Assembly: GCA_038205245.1 (NCBI GenBank)
Contig: JBBRCD010000006.1
Location: forward strand, 692-64,691
Source: Burkholderiales bacterium
GTDB lineage: Bacteria; Pseudomonadota; Gammaproteobacteria; Burkholderiales; CAIKXV01
Length of the DNA stretch: 64,000 bases
Reading direction: 5' to 3'
A model generated the notes under the pieces. The model made no database searches and was not told where the DNA came from. It saw only the letters and a list, made by a program, of their open reading frames with translations. Both the position numbers and the translations under genes were made by a program. Below are positions 1 to 10,560 of this stretch, piece after piece. Position 1 is the stretch's first letter. Every line of letters begins with the position of its first letter.

Positions 1-838
1 TCTCGCCACCGAGTGCTGCGGTGGCGATGCTCACCGGCATGTCGCAGTGAAGATCGGTGCCTTCACGCTTGAAGATCGCGTGTGGCTTGATATGCATCAC
101 CACATATAGATCGCCCGGCGGACCGCCGTTGGCGCCGGCCTCGCCTTCGCCGGACAGCCGGATGCGATCGCCGTCATCGACGCCAGGCGGAATCTTCACC
201 GAAAGCGTCTTCTGCTTGTTGACGTATCCGGCGCCTTCGCAGCTGGTGCAGGGCGTGGGCACGACTCTGCCGGTGCCGTGGCAGCGCGGGCAGGTCTGCT
301 GGATCGAGAAGAAGCCCTGCTGCATCCGCACTTGGCCCTGGCCTTCGCAGGTCGGGCAGGCCACTGCCTTGGTGCCGGGCTTGGCGCCGCTGCCCTCGCA
401 GACCTCGCACTTGGCCTGGGTGGGGATGCGAATCTGGGTGTCGGTGCCGCGTGCGGCTTCCTCCAGCGTGATCTCCAGGTTGTAGCGCAGGTCGGCGCCG
501 CGGTAGACACCGTTCCTGCCGCGGCCGCCACCGCCGAAAATCTCGCCGAAGATGTCGCCGAAGGCATTGGCGAAACCGCCCATGCCGGCGCCGCCTGCCG
601 CACTCATCGATGGGTCGACGCCGGCATGACCATACTGGTCATAGGCGGCGCGCTTGTTGCCGTCGGAGAGCATCTCGTAGGCTTCCTTCGCCTCCTTGAA
701 TGACTCTTCTGCCTTCGGGTTGTCCGGATTGCGGTCCGGATGGTGCTTCATCGCGAGTCTGCGGTACGCCTTCTTCAGCGCGTCTTCCTCGGCGTCGCGG
801 TTGACGCCGAGCACTTCGTAATAGTCACGCTTGGCCAT
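1..838 (-). CDS. dnaJ: Chaperone DnaJ, N-terminal ~279 codons (3' end runs off the window start)
   Basis: Reverse translation from the ATG at complement 836-838 gives [40 protein letters not shown]..., a J domain with HPD. Further on come [24 protein letters not shown] and CTSCEGAG zinc-finger repeats. Lies downstream of dnaK. Absent from the ORF track because there is no stop in the window. Confidence 0.95.
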   Translation of the reverse strand, partial: MAKRDYYEVLGVNRDAEEDALKKAYRRLAMKHHPDRNPDNPKAEESFKEAKEAYEMLSDGNKRAAYDQYGHAGVDPSMSAAGGAGMGGFANAFGDIFGEIFGGGGRGRNGVYRGADLRYNLEITLEEAARGTDTQIRIPTQAKCEVCEGSGAKPGTKAVACPTCEGQGQVRMQQGFFSIQQTCPRCHGTGRVVPTPCTSCEGAGYVNKQKTLSVKIPPGVDDGDRIRLSGEGEAGANGGPPGDLYVVMHIKPHAIFKREGTDLHCDMPVSIATAALGGE

Positions 839-900
839 CGGTCTGTCTCATCTTGATCGGGTCCGGCACGGATGGATCACGAGCGGGTCCACCACAAACC

Positions 901-928
901 AAAGGCGGCTGATCGCTCAGCCGCCTTT
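901..928 (-). terminator. Stem-loop between dnaK and dnaJ (attenuator or intrinsic terminator)
   Basis: AAAGGCGGCTGA-TCGC-TCAGCCGCCTTT is a perfect 12-bp stem. On the minus strand it is followed by TTTGGTTTGTGG, 26 nt after the dnaK stop. Confidence 0.6.
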
Positions 929-953
929 GCCCGCGGGCAGGTGCGAGGGTACG

Positions 954-2879
954 TTACTTCTTCGCTTCCTTGACTTCCTCGAACTCGGCATCGACCACGT
1001 TGCCGTCGTCTGCCTTGCCCGGGCCTTCGCCCGGCGCGGCGCCGCCAGCCGGAGCACCCTGTTCCTTGGCGTACATCTTCTCGCCCAGTTTCTGCGAGGC
1101 CATCGCCAGCGCCTGGGTCTTGGCCTCGATCGCTTCCTTGTCTCCGGCCTTGATCGCTTCCTCGGCTTCCTTGACCGCAGCCTCGATCTTCTCCTTCTCG
1201 CCGGCGTCCAGTGACGCGCCATGCTCGGCAAGCGATTTCTTCACCGAGTGGATCATGCCGTCGGCCTGATTGCGCGCGGACACCAGCTCGATGATCTTCT
1301 TGTCCTCCTCGGCGTTGGCTTCGGCGTCCTTGACCATGCGCTGGATCTCGTCCTCGGAGAGCCCGGAACTCGCCTGGATCTTGATCTTGTTCTCCTTGCC
1401 GGTCGCCTTGTCCTTGGCCGACACATGGAGGATGCCGTTGGCGTCGATGTCGAAGGTCACCTCGATCTGCGGCATGCCGCGCGCCGAGGGCGGGATCTCG
1501 GTCAGGTTGAACTGACCCAGGCTCTTGTTGCCGGACGACAGCTCCCGCTCGCCCTGGAGCACATGGATGGTCACTGCCGACTGGTTGTCGTCCGCGGTCG
1601 AGAACACCTGCGCGGCCTTGGTCGGGATCGTCGTGTTCTTGGTGATCAGCTTGGTCATCACGCCACCGAGTGTCTCGATGCCGAGCGAGAGCGGGGTCAC
1701 GTCCAGCAGCAGCACGTCCTTCACATCCCCCTGCAGCACGCCGCCCTGGATCGCAGCACCGACAGCGACCGCCTCGTCGGGGTTCACATCCCGGCGGGGT
1801 TCGCGGCCAAACACTTCCTTCACCACATCCTGCACTTTCGGCATGCGGGTCTGGCCACCGACCAGGATCACATCCTCGATCTCCGAGATCTTCACGCCGG
1901 CATCCTTGATCGCGATGCGGCACGGCTCTATCGTCTTCTGGATCAGATCGTCGACCAGGCTCTCGAACTTGGCGCGGGTGATCTTGACCGCCATGTGCTT
2001 CGGCCCGCTCGCGTCGGCGGTGATGTAGGGCAGGTTGACTTCGGTCTGCTGGGCGCTCGAGAGTTCGATCTTCGCCTTCTCGGCCGCGTCCTTAAGCCGT
2101 TGCAGGGCGAGGATGTCCTTTTTCAGATCGATACCCGAGTCTTTTTTGAACTCGTCGACCAGATAGTCCATCAGCCGCTGGTCGAAGTCTTCGCCGCCGA
2201 GGAAGGTGTCGCCATTGGTCGACAGGACCTCGAACTGGTGCTCGCCTTCCACCTCGGCGATCTCGATGATCGACACGTCGAAGGTGCCGCCGCCCAGGTC
2301 ATAGACCGCGATCTTGCGGTCGCCCTTCTTCTTGTCCATGCCAAAGGCGAGCGCGGCTGCAGTCGGCTCATTGATGATCCGCTTGACCTCCAGGCCGGCG
2401 ATGCGTCCGGCGTCCTTGGTTGCCTGGCGCTGGGAATCGTTGAAGTAGGCCGGCACGGTGATCACCGCCTCGGTCACCGGTTCGCCAAGATAGTCCTCAG
2501 CCGTCTTTTTCATCTTCATCAGCACCTGCGCGGAGACCTCCGGCGGGGCGATCTTGCGCCCGCGCACCTCGACCCAGGCGTCGCCGTTGTCGGCCTTGGC
2601 GATCGAGTAGGGCATCAGCGAGATGTCCTTCTGCACTTCCTTCTCTTCGAAGCGCCGACCGATCAACCGCTTGACCGCATACAGCGTGTTCTTCGGGTTG
2701 GTCACGGCCTGCCGCTTGGCCGGTGCGCCGACCAGGATCTCGCCGTCATCGGCATAGCCGATGATCGACGGCGTCGTGCGCGCGCCTTCGGCGTTTTCGA
2801 TCACCTTCGGTTGCCCGTTCTCGATGATTGCCACACAGGAGTTGGTGGTGCCCAGGTCGATGCCGATGATCTTGCCCAT
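954..2879 (-). CDS. dnaK: Chaperone DnaK (Hsp70)
   Basis: 641-aa ORF starting [17 protein letters not shown], with [11 protein letters not shown] and other Hsp70 signatures. Flanked by grpE and dnaJ. Confidence 0.99.
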   Translation of the reverse strand: MGKIIGIDLGTTNSCVAIIENGQPKVIENAEGARTTPSIIGYADDGEILVGAPAKRQAVTNPKNTLYAVKRLIGRRFEEKEVQKDISLMPYSIAKADNGDAWVEVRGRKIAPPEVSAQVLMKMKKTAEDYLGEPVTEAVITVPAYFNDSQRQATKDAGRIAGLEVKRIINEPTAAALAFGMDKKKGDRKIAVYDLGGGTFDVSIIEIAEVEGEHQFEVLSTNGDTFLGGEDFDQRLMDYLVDEFKKDSGIDLKKDILALQRLKDAAEKAKIELSSAQQTEVNLPYITADASGPKHMAVKITRAKFESLVDDLIQKTIEPCRIAIKDAGVKISEIEDVILVGGQTRMPKVQDVVKEVFGREPRRDVNPDEAVAVGAAIQGGVLQGDVKDVLLLDVTPLSLGIETLGGVMTKLITKNTTIPTKAAQVFSTADDNQSAVTIHVLQGERELSSGNKSLGQFNLTEIPPSARGMPQIEVTFDIDANGILHVSAKDKATGKENKIKIQASSGLSEDEIQRMVKDAEANAEEDKKIIELVSARNQADGMIHSVKKSLAEHGASLDAGEKEKIEAAVKEAEEAIKAGDKEAIEAKTQALAMASQKLGEKMYAKEQGAPAGGAAPGEGPGKADDGNVVDAEFEEVKEAKK

Positions 2880-2921
2880 GCTTGCTTTTCCTCTCGGGGA
2901 TTCAGTGACTGGATATAAGAA

Positions 2922-2950
2922 ATCTTGGGTCGCCGGCAGGGGATTTCAAG
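2922..2950 (-). promoter_or_regulatory. Sigma32-type heat-shock promoter of dnaK
   Basis: The minus strand reads CTTGAAA-N14-CCCAAGAT (consensus CTTGAAA-N13-15-CCCCATNT), about 45 nt upstream of the dnaK ATG. Confidence 0.55.
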
Positions 2951-3006
2951 ACGCGCGCGTTCGGACGGCGGGCATCCGGTTCCTCGGGCGGTCAGGTTGC
3001 GACCCC

Positions 3007-3606
3007 TCAGGTTGAGGGTTCGCTGGCGGCGGCGGGTCTCGCCTTGGCCACTGCCACCAGGGCCGGCCGGATCACCCGGTCATGCAGCTTGAAGCCCTTC
3101 TGGAACACCTGCAGCACCGACTGCGGCGGGGCGTCGGACTCGATCGCGGTCATTGCCTGGTGGTGATGCGGATCGAACTTCTCCCCGACCGGGTCGAGCA
3201 GCAACAGCCCCACCTTCTCGAAGGCGGCCTTCAACTGTTTGCGGGTGAGTTCCACCCCGCCGCGCAGGGCCTCGGTGGTGGCGGTATCGGTGGCCAGCGC
3301 CGCATCCAGAGCGTCATAGACCGGCAGCAATTCGCCAGCGAAGCTGTCAATCGCATACTTATGGGCGCTGGCGATGTCGATCTGGGCCCGCTTGCGGATG
3401 TTCTCGGCCTCGGCACGGGCGCGCAACCATGACTCCTGATGTTCCTGCGCCTGCGCTTCGGCCTTGGCCAGTGCTTTGGCCAGCCCTTCGGGCTGACCCG
3501 CCGGGTCCAATGGCGCACCCGCGGTGCCGGACGCGTCCGGCGAGCGTGGTGCATCGTGCGCGGGCGCGGCGCTGGAGGGTATTTCAGATTGCGACATCGT
3601 GATCAA
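3007..3606 (-). CDS. grpE: Nucleotide exchange factor GrpE
   Basis: 199-aa ORF with a GrpE-like coiled-coil and C-terminal beta domain (RKRAQIDIASAHKYAIDSFAGELLPVYDALD...VLQVFQKGFKLHDRVIRPALV). Upstream of dnaK. Confidence 0.95.
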   Translation of the reverse strand: MITMSQSEIPSSAAPAHDAPRSPDASGTAGAPLDPAGQPEGLAKALAKAEAQAQEHQESWLRARAEAENIRKRAQIDIASAHKYAIDSFAGELLPVYDALDAALATDTATTEALRGGVELTRKQLKAAFEKVGLLLLDPVGEKFDPHHHQAMTAIESDAPPQSVLQVFQKGFKLHDRVIRPALVAVAKARPAAASEPST

Positions 3607-3666
3607 ACTCCTTAAGGGCTGGCCGTAACCGGTCGATAGTGGTCGACCATTGAAGATGTCAGTCGG

Positions 3667-3694
3667 TATTGGGGGTCAAACGCCTGATTTCAAG
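3667..3694 (-). promoter_or_regulatory. Sigma32-type heat-shock promoter of grpE
   Basis: The minus strand reads CTTGAAA-N13-CCCCAATA, about 60 nt upstream of the grpE ATG. Confidence 0.55.
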
Positions 3695-3701
3695 GGTCAA
3701 T

Positions 3702-5282
3702 ATGCGGCAAAAAGAAGCGGTTTCCAGGGTCGCGTTGGAGGATAATCGAGGGCATTGGGCTGTGGGCCAAGGAGTGCTGGTGTCGGAAACGGCGGCGAAA
3801 CCTGTAAGGATCGGTCGCTTTCAGATCATCCGAAAGATCGGGCGCGGCGCTACCGCGACGGTTTACCTCGCCCACGATCCGCGCCACGACCGGCAGATCG
3901 CGTTGAAAGTGATCAAGTTCGGCGGAGATATGGAGGAAGGCGAGGAGAAGGTCAAGCAGCACCGTCGCCTGCGCAAGCTGTTTCAGACCGAGGGCGCGGT
4001 GGCGGCCCGGCTTAACCATCCGAACATCGTCAAGGTCTATGACACGGTGGTCGACGAGAACACCGCCCTGATGGCGATGGAGTATGTGGACGGGGTCACT
4101 CTGGCCGACTATTGCGCGTTCGACAAGCTGCTGCCGCTGCCCCGGGTGGTCGGCATCATCTTCAAGTGCTGCCTCGCGCTCGACTACGCCTACCGGCAGG
4201 GGGTGGTGCATCGCGACATCAAGCCGGCGAACATCATGGTCTGTGCGGACGACACGCCGAAGATCATGGACTTCGGCCTGGCGCTGAACATGCAGAAACA
4301 GGGCGAGCATGACTCGACCTTCGTGATGGGCGTCGGCTCGCCCGCCTACATGTCGCCTGAGCAGGTCAAGGGCTATTCGCTCAACCAGCAGACCGATCTG
4401 TATTCGCTCGGCATCGTGTTGTTCATGATGCTGACCGGGCGTGTGCCATTTCGCGCCAAGCACTACCCGGAACTCATCTACAAGATCATCAACTCGGAGG
4501 CCCCGCCCGTCAGCGCCCTCAACCCGGCGATCCCGCCAGAGCTCGACCCGATCGTCAAGCGGGCGCTGGAGAAGGATCTGTATTCGCGTTTTCGCACTGG
4601 CGCCGATTTCGGCAAATACCTTGCCTCGGCGCGCTATCAGTTGAAGGACGAGGAGGCAGACCTGCTCAACGACCGCTTCGAACTGCTGCGCGGGTTGCAG
4701 ATATTCACCGAGTTCGAACGGGTGGAGCTATGGGAGGTCCTGCGCATCACCACCTGGCGCAAGATCGGCGACGGCATTGCGCTGATGACCGAAGGCGAGG
4801 AGAGCAGGACCTTCGGGGTGCTCGTCTCCGGCGAGGTCGAGGTGTCGCAGGACAAGCGGCTGCTCGCCCGGCTCGGTCCGGGTGAGGTCCTGGGCGAGAT
4901 GGCCTTTCTCGATCCGCGCGAACCCAGGCGCACCGCGACCGTGGTCGCGGTCGGCGATGCCACCTTCCTCGAGGTGAATCTGGCGGCGTTTGAGCTTGCC
5001 TCAGAGGAGTGCAAACAGCACTTCCAGGACCTGCTGATCGGCGCGCTGATCCGCCGCCTTCGCGCCGCTAACGCGAAGGTGGTCGAGCATGCGCCGCCGG
5101 CACGCGCCCCGATTCCCAGCCTGCTATCCCTGGAGCTGCTGCCCGAGCCTGACCTGGACGGTGCGCCAGTCCTGCCGCGGGCTGCCAACTCGACCTTCAC
5201 CGGGTCGCGCTCCTCCGGGCTGGATCATGCGCTGGAATCGACCGGCAGCAGCGAGCGCAGCCGGGCCAGGGAAAACCCTTAG
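3702..5282 (+). CDS. Hanks-type Ser/Thr protein kinase fused to a C-terminal cyclic-nucleotide-binding domain
   Basis: Kinase motifs GRGATATVY, ALKVIK, HRDIKPANIM, DFGLA and SPAYMSPEQ. The C-terminus has a cNMP-binding pattern (GEVLGEMAFLDPREPRRTATVVA). Start set at the ATG at 3702 because the track start at 3669 overlaps the grpE promoter. The start is uncertain. Confidence 0.85.
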   Translation: MRQKEAVSRVALEDNRGHWAVGQGVLVSETAAKPVRIGRFQIIRKIGRGATATVYLAHDPRHDRQIALKVIKFGGDMEEGEEKVKQHRRLRKLFQTEGAVAARLNHPNIVKVYDTVVDENTALMAMEYVDGVTLADYCAFDKLLPLPRVVGIIFKCCLALDYAYRQGVVHRDIKPANIMVCADDTPKIMDFGLALNMQKQGEHDSTFVMGVGSPAYMSPEQVKGYSLNQQTDLYSLGIVLFMMLTGRVPFRAKHYPELIYKIINSEAPPVSALNPAIPPELDPIVKRALEKDLYSRFRTGADFGKYLASARYQLKDEEADLLNDRFELLRGLQIFTEFERVELWEVLRITTWRKIGDGIALMTEGEESRTFGVLVSGEVEVSQDKRLLARLGPGEVLGEMAFLDPREPRRTATVVAVGDATFLEVNLAAFELASEECKQHFQDLLIGALIRRLRAANAKVVEHAPPARAPIPSLLSLELLPEPDLDGAPVLPRAANSTFTGSRSSGLDHALESTGSSERSRARENP

Positions 5283-5360
5283 CCCGGGTTTCCTGCGCCG
5301 ATCCGCTGCGTCGATCCGCTGCGCCGAGCCGCGAGCAGGCAACCGGGTAGGCGCTTCCGG

Positions 5361-6455
5361 TCAGTCGCGTGCGCCCAGGGCCAGCGCGCGCTCGCGGCTG
5401 GCCGCGTTGGCGCTGGCGGCCAGCTTCGAATCGAAACTCGTGTCGACCCAGCCGCCAAGCTGGCGGGCGACCAGCGCGGTCAGGGCATGGATCCAGTCGG
5501 AGCGATCATTGAGACAGGGGATGGTGTGATACTCCTTGCCACCGGCATAGAGGAAAGCGCTCTTGCCCTCGATGGCGATTTCCTCCAGCGTCTCCAGGCA
5601 GTCGGCGACAAAGCCCGGGCAGACCACATCGACCCGGCGGGTGCCGGCACGCCCGAGTTGCTCCAGTACTTCCGAGGTGTAGGGCTTGAGCCATTCGGCC
5701 TGACCGAAGCGCGACTGAAAGGTGACCCGGTACTTATCTGCGGGCAGTCCGAGCGCCTCGGCGAGCAGGCGTCCGGTTTTGTGGCACTCGCAGTGGTAAG
5801 GGTCGCCGCGATCGAGCGCGTAACGCGGCGTGCCGTGAAAACTCATCACCAGCAGGTCGGGGCGGCCGTGCTCGGACCAGAACTGCTGCACGCTTGCCTT
5901 CAGCGCCTGGATGTAGCCCGGGTCGTCATGGAAATGTTTGACTGTGCGGATCGCCGGCGGATTGCGCATCGACTTGAGCGTTTCGAAGGCGGCATCGAAC
6001 ACGGTCGCGGTCGCGGCGGCGGAATACTGCGGGTACAGCGGCACCACCAGGATACGGTCGCAGCCCTCGGCCACCATGCCGCGAATGCGCTCGTCCACCG
6101 AGGGCTTGCCATAGCGCATGGCGAAATCCACCGACAGCGGCCCCTTCACCTGCTCGCCGAGGTAGCCGGCAAGCAGCTTCGCCTGCCGCTCGGTATACAC
6201 CCGCAGTGGCGACCCCTCGGGCATCCAGATCATCGCGTACTTGGCTGCGGACTTCTTCGGTCGGGTGTTCAGGATGATCAGGTTGAGGATCGGCCACCAG
6301 ATGATCTTCGGAATCTCGATCACCCGTGGATCGGACAGGAACTGCTTCACGTAGGGCCGGAACGCGCGTGCGGTCGGGGCCTCGGGCGTGCCCAGGTTGA
6401 CCAGCAGCACGCCGGTGCGCGGCTGGGTGCCGTGGCGGTAGGGGGCGGTGCTCAA
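5361..6455 (-). CDS. hemH: Ferrochelatase
   Basis: 364-aa ORF with [27 protein letters not shown] and FSFHG-like (MSFHGTP) motifs. TTG start. Confidence 0.93.
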   Translation of the reverse strand: MSTAPYRHGTQPRTGVLLVNLGTPEAPTARAFRPYVKQFLSDPRVIEIPKIIWWPILNLIILNTRPKKSAAKYAMIWMPEGSPLRVYTERQAKLLAGYLGEQVKGPLSVDFAMRYGKPSVDERIRGMVAEGCDRILVVPLYPQYSAAATATVFDAAFETLKSMRNPPAIRTVKHFHDDPGYIQALKASVQQFWSEHGRPDLLVMSFHGTPRYALDRGDPYHCECHKTGRLLAEALGLPADKYRVTFQSRFGQAEWLKPYTSEVLEQLGRAGTRRVDVVCPGFVADCLETLEEIAIEGKSAFLYAGGKEYHTIPCLNDRSDWIHALTALVARQLGGWVDTSFDSKLAASANAASRERALALGARD

Positions 6456-6461
6456 GGTAGC

Positions 6462-7478
6462 CTAACGCTGACTCAAGGCAGTGCCGATCAGCCTGGCGGT
6501 GATGTCCACGATCGGAATCACCCGCTCGTAGGCCATCCGGGTAGGCCCGATCACGCCAAGCGTGCCGACCACCTGGCCATCGACCTCGTAGGGCGCAGTG
6601 ACGATGCTGCACTCGTCCAGCGGCGAAATGCCCGACTCGCCGCCGATGAAGATTTGCACGCCCTGAGCGCGGGAACTGGTGTCGAGCAGGTGCAGCAGGG
6701 CAGTCTTGCGCTCGAACACGTCGAACAGCTCGCGCAGCCGCCCCATGTCGGTCGACAGGTCGGGTATGCCGAGCAGATTGCGCTCGCCAGACACCACCAG
6801 TTCGTCCGCACCCGCCATGGCTGCGCTGCCGACCTCGATCGCCGCACTCATCAGCGCCGACACGTCGCGCTTGAGCGCGATCAGTTCTTCCTGCACCCGT
6901 ACCCTGATGTGGTCGAACTGCAGTCCGGCGTAGTTCTGGTTGACGAAGTTGGTCGCCTCGATCAGCTCGGCCGGCGTGTAGTCGCGTGCCATCGGCAGGA
7001 TGCGGTTGTGTACCTCCCCGTCCAGGGCGACGATGATCAGCAGCACGCGCTTTTCTGACAGCCGGAGGAACTCGAGGTGGCGGAAAGCCTGGTCGCGCCG
7101 TTTCGGGGTCATCACCACGCCAGCGAACGCGGTCAGCTCCGACAGCATATGCGAGGCCGAGGCAACCAGTCGCTGCCGGCTGTCGATCTCCAGGTGGCCT
7201 TCCAGTTCGGTGATCTCCACCTGCTCCAGCGGCTTGATCCGAAGCAGCGTGTCGACGAAGAAGCGGTAACCACGCGCGGTCGGAACCCGCCCGGCTGACG
7301 TGTGCGGGCTGGTGATGAAACCCATCTCCTCCAGGTCGGACATCACGTTGCGGATGCTCGCCGGGGACAGTTCCAGCCCGGAGTACCGGGACAGCGTACG
7401 CGAGCCGACCGGGTCGCCATCGGCGATGTATCGCTCGATAAGCGTCTTCAACAGCATTTGCGCGCGCTCGTTGATCAT
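6462..7478 (-). CDS. hrcA: Heat-inducible transcription repressor HrcA
   Basis: 338-aa ORF. N-terminus [27 protein letters not shown] is the typical HrcA winged-helix region. Confidence 0.93.
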   Translation of the reverse strand: MINERAQMLLKTLIERYIADGDPVGSRTLSRYSGLELSPASIRNVMSDLEEMGFITSPHTSAGRVPTARGYRFFVDTLLRIKPLEQVEITELEGHLEIDSRQRLVASASHMLSELTAFAGVVMTPKRRDQAFRHLEFLRLSEKRVLLIIVALDGEVHNRILPMARDYTPAELIEATNFVNQNYAGLQFDHIRVRVQEELIALKRDVSALMSAAIEVGSAAMAGADELVVSGERNLLGIPDLSTDMGRLRELFDVFERKTALLHLLDTSSRAQGVQIFIGGESGISPLDECSIVTAPYEVDGQVVGTLGVIGPTRMAYERVIPIVDITARLIGTALSQR

Positions 7479-7542
7479 GGCCAGATTCTACCTACCCGCA
7501 CGCGGCAAGGGCCAACCATTGTTGTAGCCCATGGGGTCGTCC

Positions 7543-7602
7543 ATCCGGCAGCCTATCCGGCAGCCCATCTTGGTGCCCACCCGGCAGCCCATGCATTGGC
7601 CC
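7543..7602. repeat. 12-bp tandem repeat x5 in the hrcA/nadK divergent spacer
   Basis: ATCCGGCAGCCT ATCCGGCAGCCC ATCTTGGTGCCC ACCCGGCAGCCC ATGCATTGGCCC. Weaker copies extend upstream to about 7519. Confidence 0.85.
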
Positions 7603-7633
7603 ATGTTTTTCGCAGACGGTATGGTCTAATCAA

Positions 7634-8635
7634 GTGATGAACGCGTCCGCACAGCCACCCCAGTCCAAGGCCCGCACCGCCCGCGCCGCCCCGCGAACCC
7701 GCGCCGGCGCGCCCGCCGGATCGCCGACCGCGGCCATCGGAGCCCGTGCCGGGGCGCGGACCGCCTCGCGCACCTTCGGCACGATCGCGCTGATCGGCAA
7801 GTACAAGAGTCCGGCCATTGCCAAGCCTCTGGCCGACCTCGCCCGGCATCTGGCAGCGCGCGGGGTCGAGGTGTTGATCGACCGCCTCACCGCGGCCCAT
7901 GTCGGCGGCGATCCGGCCGGGGCGTTGTCGCTCGAGGAGATCGGTCGGCGTGCCGGGCTGGCCGTGGTGCTCGGCGGCGACGGCACCATGCTCAACATCG
8001 CGCGTACCCTCGCGCCGTTCGGCGTGCCCCTGGTTGGCGTCAACCAGGGACGGCTGGGCTTCCTCACCGATCTTTCGGTCGACCGGATGGCGCTGGCGAT
8101 TGACGCGATCCTGGACGGGCACTATGTGGCCGAATCGAGGATGCTTCTCGAGGCGACGATAGAGGCCGGGCCGGACGCGCCGCTCACCGTGCTGGCGTTC
8201 AACGACGTGGTGATCAGCAAGGGCGAGCGCGGCGGCATGATCGAGTTCGATGTCCTGGTCGATGGCCAGTTCGTCAGCAGCCTGCGAGCAGACGGCATGA
8301 TCGTCGCCTCGCCGACCGGCTCCACCGCCTACGCCCTGTCTTCCGGCGGGCCGATCGTGCATCCGTCGCTGGCGGTGATGAGCCTGGTGCCGATCTGTCC
8401 GCACACCCTGTCCAATCGCCCGATCATCGTCGGAGCGAGCGCGAACATCGAGTTGCGGATGCATGCTGGCAGTGAAGCGATAGTGCGTTTCGACAGCCAT
8501 TCGGACGCGATGCTTTCGGGCGACACCCGGCTGCGGGTTCGCCGGTCGGATCACGATGTCATGCTGCTGCATCCTGATGACTATGACTACTTCAACATGC
8601 TGCGCGAGAAGCTGAAGTGGAGCGAATCGCTGTAG
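7634..8635 (+). CDS. nadK: NAD kinase
   Basis: GGDGTMLNIAR and the following NAD-kinase motifs (GFLTD, SSLRADGMIVASPTGSTAYALSSGGPIV). The first ~45 aa are Ala/Arg-rich low complexity, so the true start may lie further downstream. Confidence 0.9.
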   Translation: MMNASAQPPQSKARTARAAPRTRAGAPAGSPTAAIGARAGARTASRTFGTIALIGKYKSPAIAKPLADLARHLAARGVEVLIDRLTAAHVGGDPAGALSLEEIGRRAGLAVVLGGDGTMLNIARTLAPFGVPLVGVNQGRLGFLTDLSVDRMALAIDAILDGHYVAESRMLLEATIEAGPDAPLTVLAFNDVVISKGERGGMIEFDVLVDGQFVSSLRADGMIVASPTGSTAYALSSGGPIVHPSLAVMSLVPICPHTLSNRPIIVGASANIELRMHAGSEAIVRFDSHSDAMLSGDTRLRVRRSDHDVMLLHPDDYDYFNMLREKLKWSESL

Positions 8636-10416
8636 CCGTGGCGACCGAGCCTGCCGTCCAGACGACCCCGGGTCCGGCGGCTGCGCTGCGCGGGCTGTCG
8701 ATCCGTGACTTTCTGATCGTGGACCGGCTGGAGCTCGAGTTCGATGCCGGTTTTTCCGCGCTCACCGGCGAGACCGGCGCCGGCAAGTCGATCCTGATCG
8801 ATGCGCTCGGGCTGCTGCTCGGTGGCCGTGCCGACGCCGGCGTGGTGCGCCCCGGCAAGGATCGGGCCGAACTGTCCGCTGATTTCGACCCTGCCGGCAA
8901 CGCCGGGGTGGAGGCATGGCTAACCAGTCATGAGCTGGCCGACGCCGAGGGCGGCGCCTGCCTGCTGCGCCGGGTGATCGATGCCGGCGGGCGCTCGCGC
9001 AGCTTCATCAATGGCCGCGCCGTGACCCTGGGTCAGCTGCGCGAGCTGGGGCGGCAGCTGGTCGATATCCACGGCCAGCACTCACACCAGTCGCTTGCCC
9101 AGCCTGCCGAGCAGCGGGCGATCGTCGATGGCTTTGGCGGGCATGCCATCCTGGCGCAACGGGTGGCCGGGGCCTGGCAGCAGTGGCAGGCGGCCAGCAA
9201 TCTGCGTATCGCGGCCGAACGCGACCACGCGGCGCTTGCCGCCAGGCGCGAGGAGCTCGAGTGGCAGACCGCCCAGCTGGCGACGCTCGGCTTCGATGCC
9301 GTGGACTGGCAGGCGGTGAACGCCGAGCATGCCCGGCTTGGCAACGCATCCGCGCTGATCGAGGGTGCCGAGTCGGCGCTCGCCGCGCTGAGCGATGGCG
9401 AGATGGCTGCACTGGCGCAGGTCGGCGCGGTGCTGGCGCGCCTGCGCGACAGCGCGGCGCTCGACCGCGAGGCGGAGGCCGCGCTCGAACTGGTGGCTGG
9501 CGCGGACGCCCAGTTGAAGGAGGCGGTACGAGAACTGCGTCACTACCGTGATCGTCTGGATGTCGATCCGACCCGCCTGCGCGAGCTCGATTCGCGGATC
9601 GAGGCGGTGCAGGATGCGGCGCGCCGGTTCCGGGTGCCGCCGGCGGAGCTGGACGCGCTGCGCAAGCGGTTGGAGACTGCGTTACGTGGGCTTGACGAGA
9701 TGGCGGATCCGAAAGCGCTGGCCGCGGCGGAGGCTTCTGCACGCGCCGGCTACAGGGAAGCGGCGGCGCTGCTCACCAGAGCGCGCCGGCGAGCCGCGGA
9801 CACGCTCGGTCGAGCGGTAACCGCGGCGATGCAGACGCTGGCGATGTCCGGTGGCCGGTTCGAGATCGCGCTGCTGCCGGTGCGCGCGGCCGCAGGCGAG
9901 TCGGGTGCTGACCAGGCGGGCGTGAGCGCTGAAGTTGACAGGATGGTCGAGGGCGGCCGGCATGGCGACGAGCAGATCGAGTTCCGGGTGTCGGCCAACC
10001 CCGGCATGCCCATGGCGCCGCTGGCTACCGTGGCCTCCGGCGGTGAACTGTCACGCATCGGTCTGGCGCTGCGCAAGGTCGCCAGTGCGGTCACCGGCAC
10101 GCCGGTGCTGGTGTTCGACGAGGTCGACGCAGGCATCGGTGGCGGCGTCGCCGAGATCGTCGGACGGCTGCTTCGCGAGCTCGGCGAGACTCGCCAGGTC
10201 ATGTGTGTCACCCATCTGCCGCAGGTGGCAGCCAGTGCCCGCAGGCAGTATCAGGTGGTCAAGCGTACAGTCGCCGGCCAGACAGTGAGTCGGGTGGAGC
10301 CGCTGGACGCGTTGGCGCGGGTGGAGGAGATCGCGCGCATGCTCGGCGGGTTGAAGATCACCGCCACTACCCGCCAGCACGCAGACGAGCTGCTGCGCAA
10401 CGCTCAGCGCGACTAG
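8617..10416 (+). CDS. recN: DNA repair protein RecN
   Basis: N-terminal Walker A (LTGETGAGKSILIDAL), a long coiled-coil and a C-terminal SMC signature (ASGGELSRIGLAL...LVFDEVDAGIGG). The start codon is uncertain. Confidence 0.92.
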   Translation: MERIAVAVATEPAVQTTPGPAAALRGLSIRDFLIVDRLELEFDAGFSALTGETGAGKSILIDALGLLLGGRADAGVVRPGKDRAELSADFDPAGNAGVEAWLTSHELADAEGGACLLRRVIDAGGRSRSFINGRAVTLGQLRELGRQLVDIHGQHSHQSLAQPAEQRAIVDGFGGHAILAQRVAGAWQQWQAASNLRIAAERDHAALAARREELEWQTAQLATLGFDAVDWQAVNAEHARLGNASALIEGAESALAALSDGEMAALAQVGAVLARLRDSAALDREAEAALELVAGADAQLKEAVRELRHYRDRLDVDPTRLRELDSRIEAVQDAARRFRVPPAELDALRKRLETALRGLDEMADPKALAAAEASARAGYREAAALLTRARRRAADTLGRAVTAAMQTLAMSGGRFEIALLPVRAAAGESGADQAGVSAEVDRMVEGGRHGDEQIEFRVSANPGMPMAPLATVASGGELSRIGLALRKVASAVTGTPVLVFDEVDAGIGGGVAEIVGRLLRELGETRQVMCVTHLPQVAASARRQYQVVKRTVAGQTVSRVEPLDALARVEEIARMLGGLKITATTRQHADELLRNAQRD

Positions 10417-10495
10417 ACATCATGGTTGCAGTTCGCACCGCAGGTGTGGCCGGTCTCCAGGGGCGCGGAAGCGGGCACAGACCCGGGACAGACCC

Positions 10496-10523
10496 GGCAC
10501 AGACCCCATACGGGGTCTGTGCC
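10496..10523. terminator. Bidirectional stem-loop between convergent recN and fur
   Basis: GGCACAGACCCC-ATAC-GGGGTCTGTGCC is a perfect 12-bp stem. It is preceded by direct CAGACCCGG repeats. Confidence 0.6.
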
Positions 10524-10560
10524 CTGGCCGCTGGGACGCAGCTGGCCGGGGTGATCGGCT

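Noticed and set aside
1221-2918. 565-aa + strand ORF opposite dnaK. Similar long antisense ORFs lie opposite hemH/hrcA (5487-7058), carA (12888-14117), ftsH (19834-21318), pstC (25790-26812) and most nuo genes (for example 31689-33245, 33411-35075, 36839-38296, 38427-39839, 40152-41369, 42750-43859 and 44460-45815).
   Set aside because: The opposite strand encodes unmistakable conserved proteins. The antisense products are Arg/Gly/His/Asp/Pro-rich low complexity, as expected from stop-codon-poor frames in GC-rich DNA.
2880-7633. A CIRCE operator (TTAGCACTC-N9-GAGTGCTAA) near hrcA, grpE or dnaK.
   Set aside because: No such inverted repeat was seen in these spacers. The dnaK and grpE upstream regions instead match the sigma32 consensus. 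CIRCE is presumably at groESL, outside the window.
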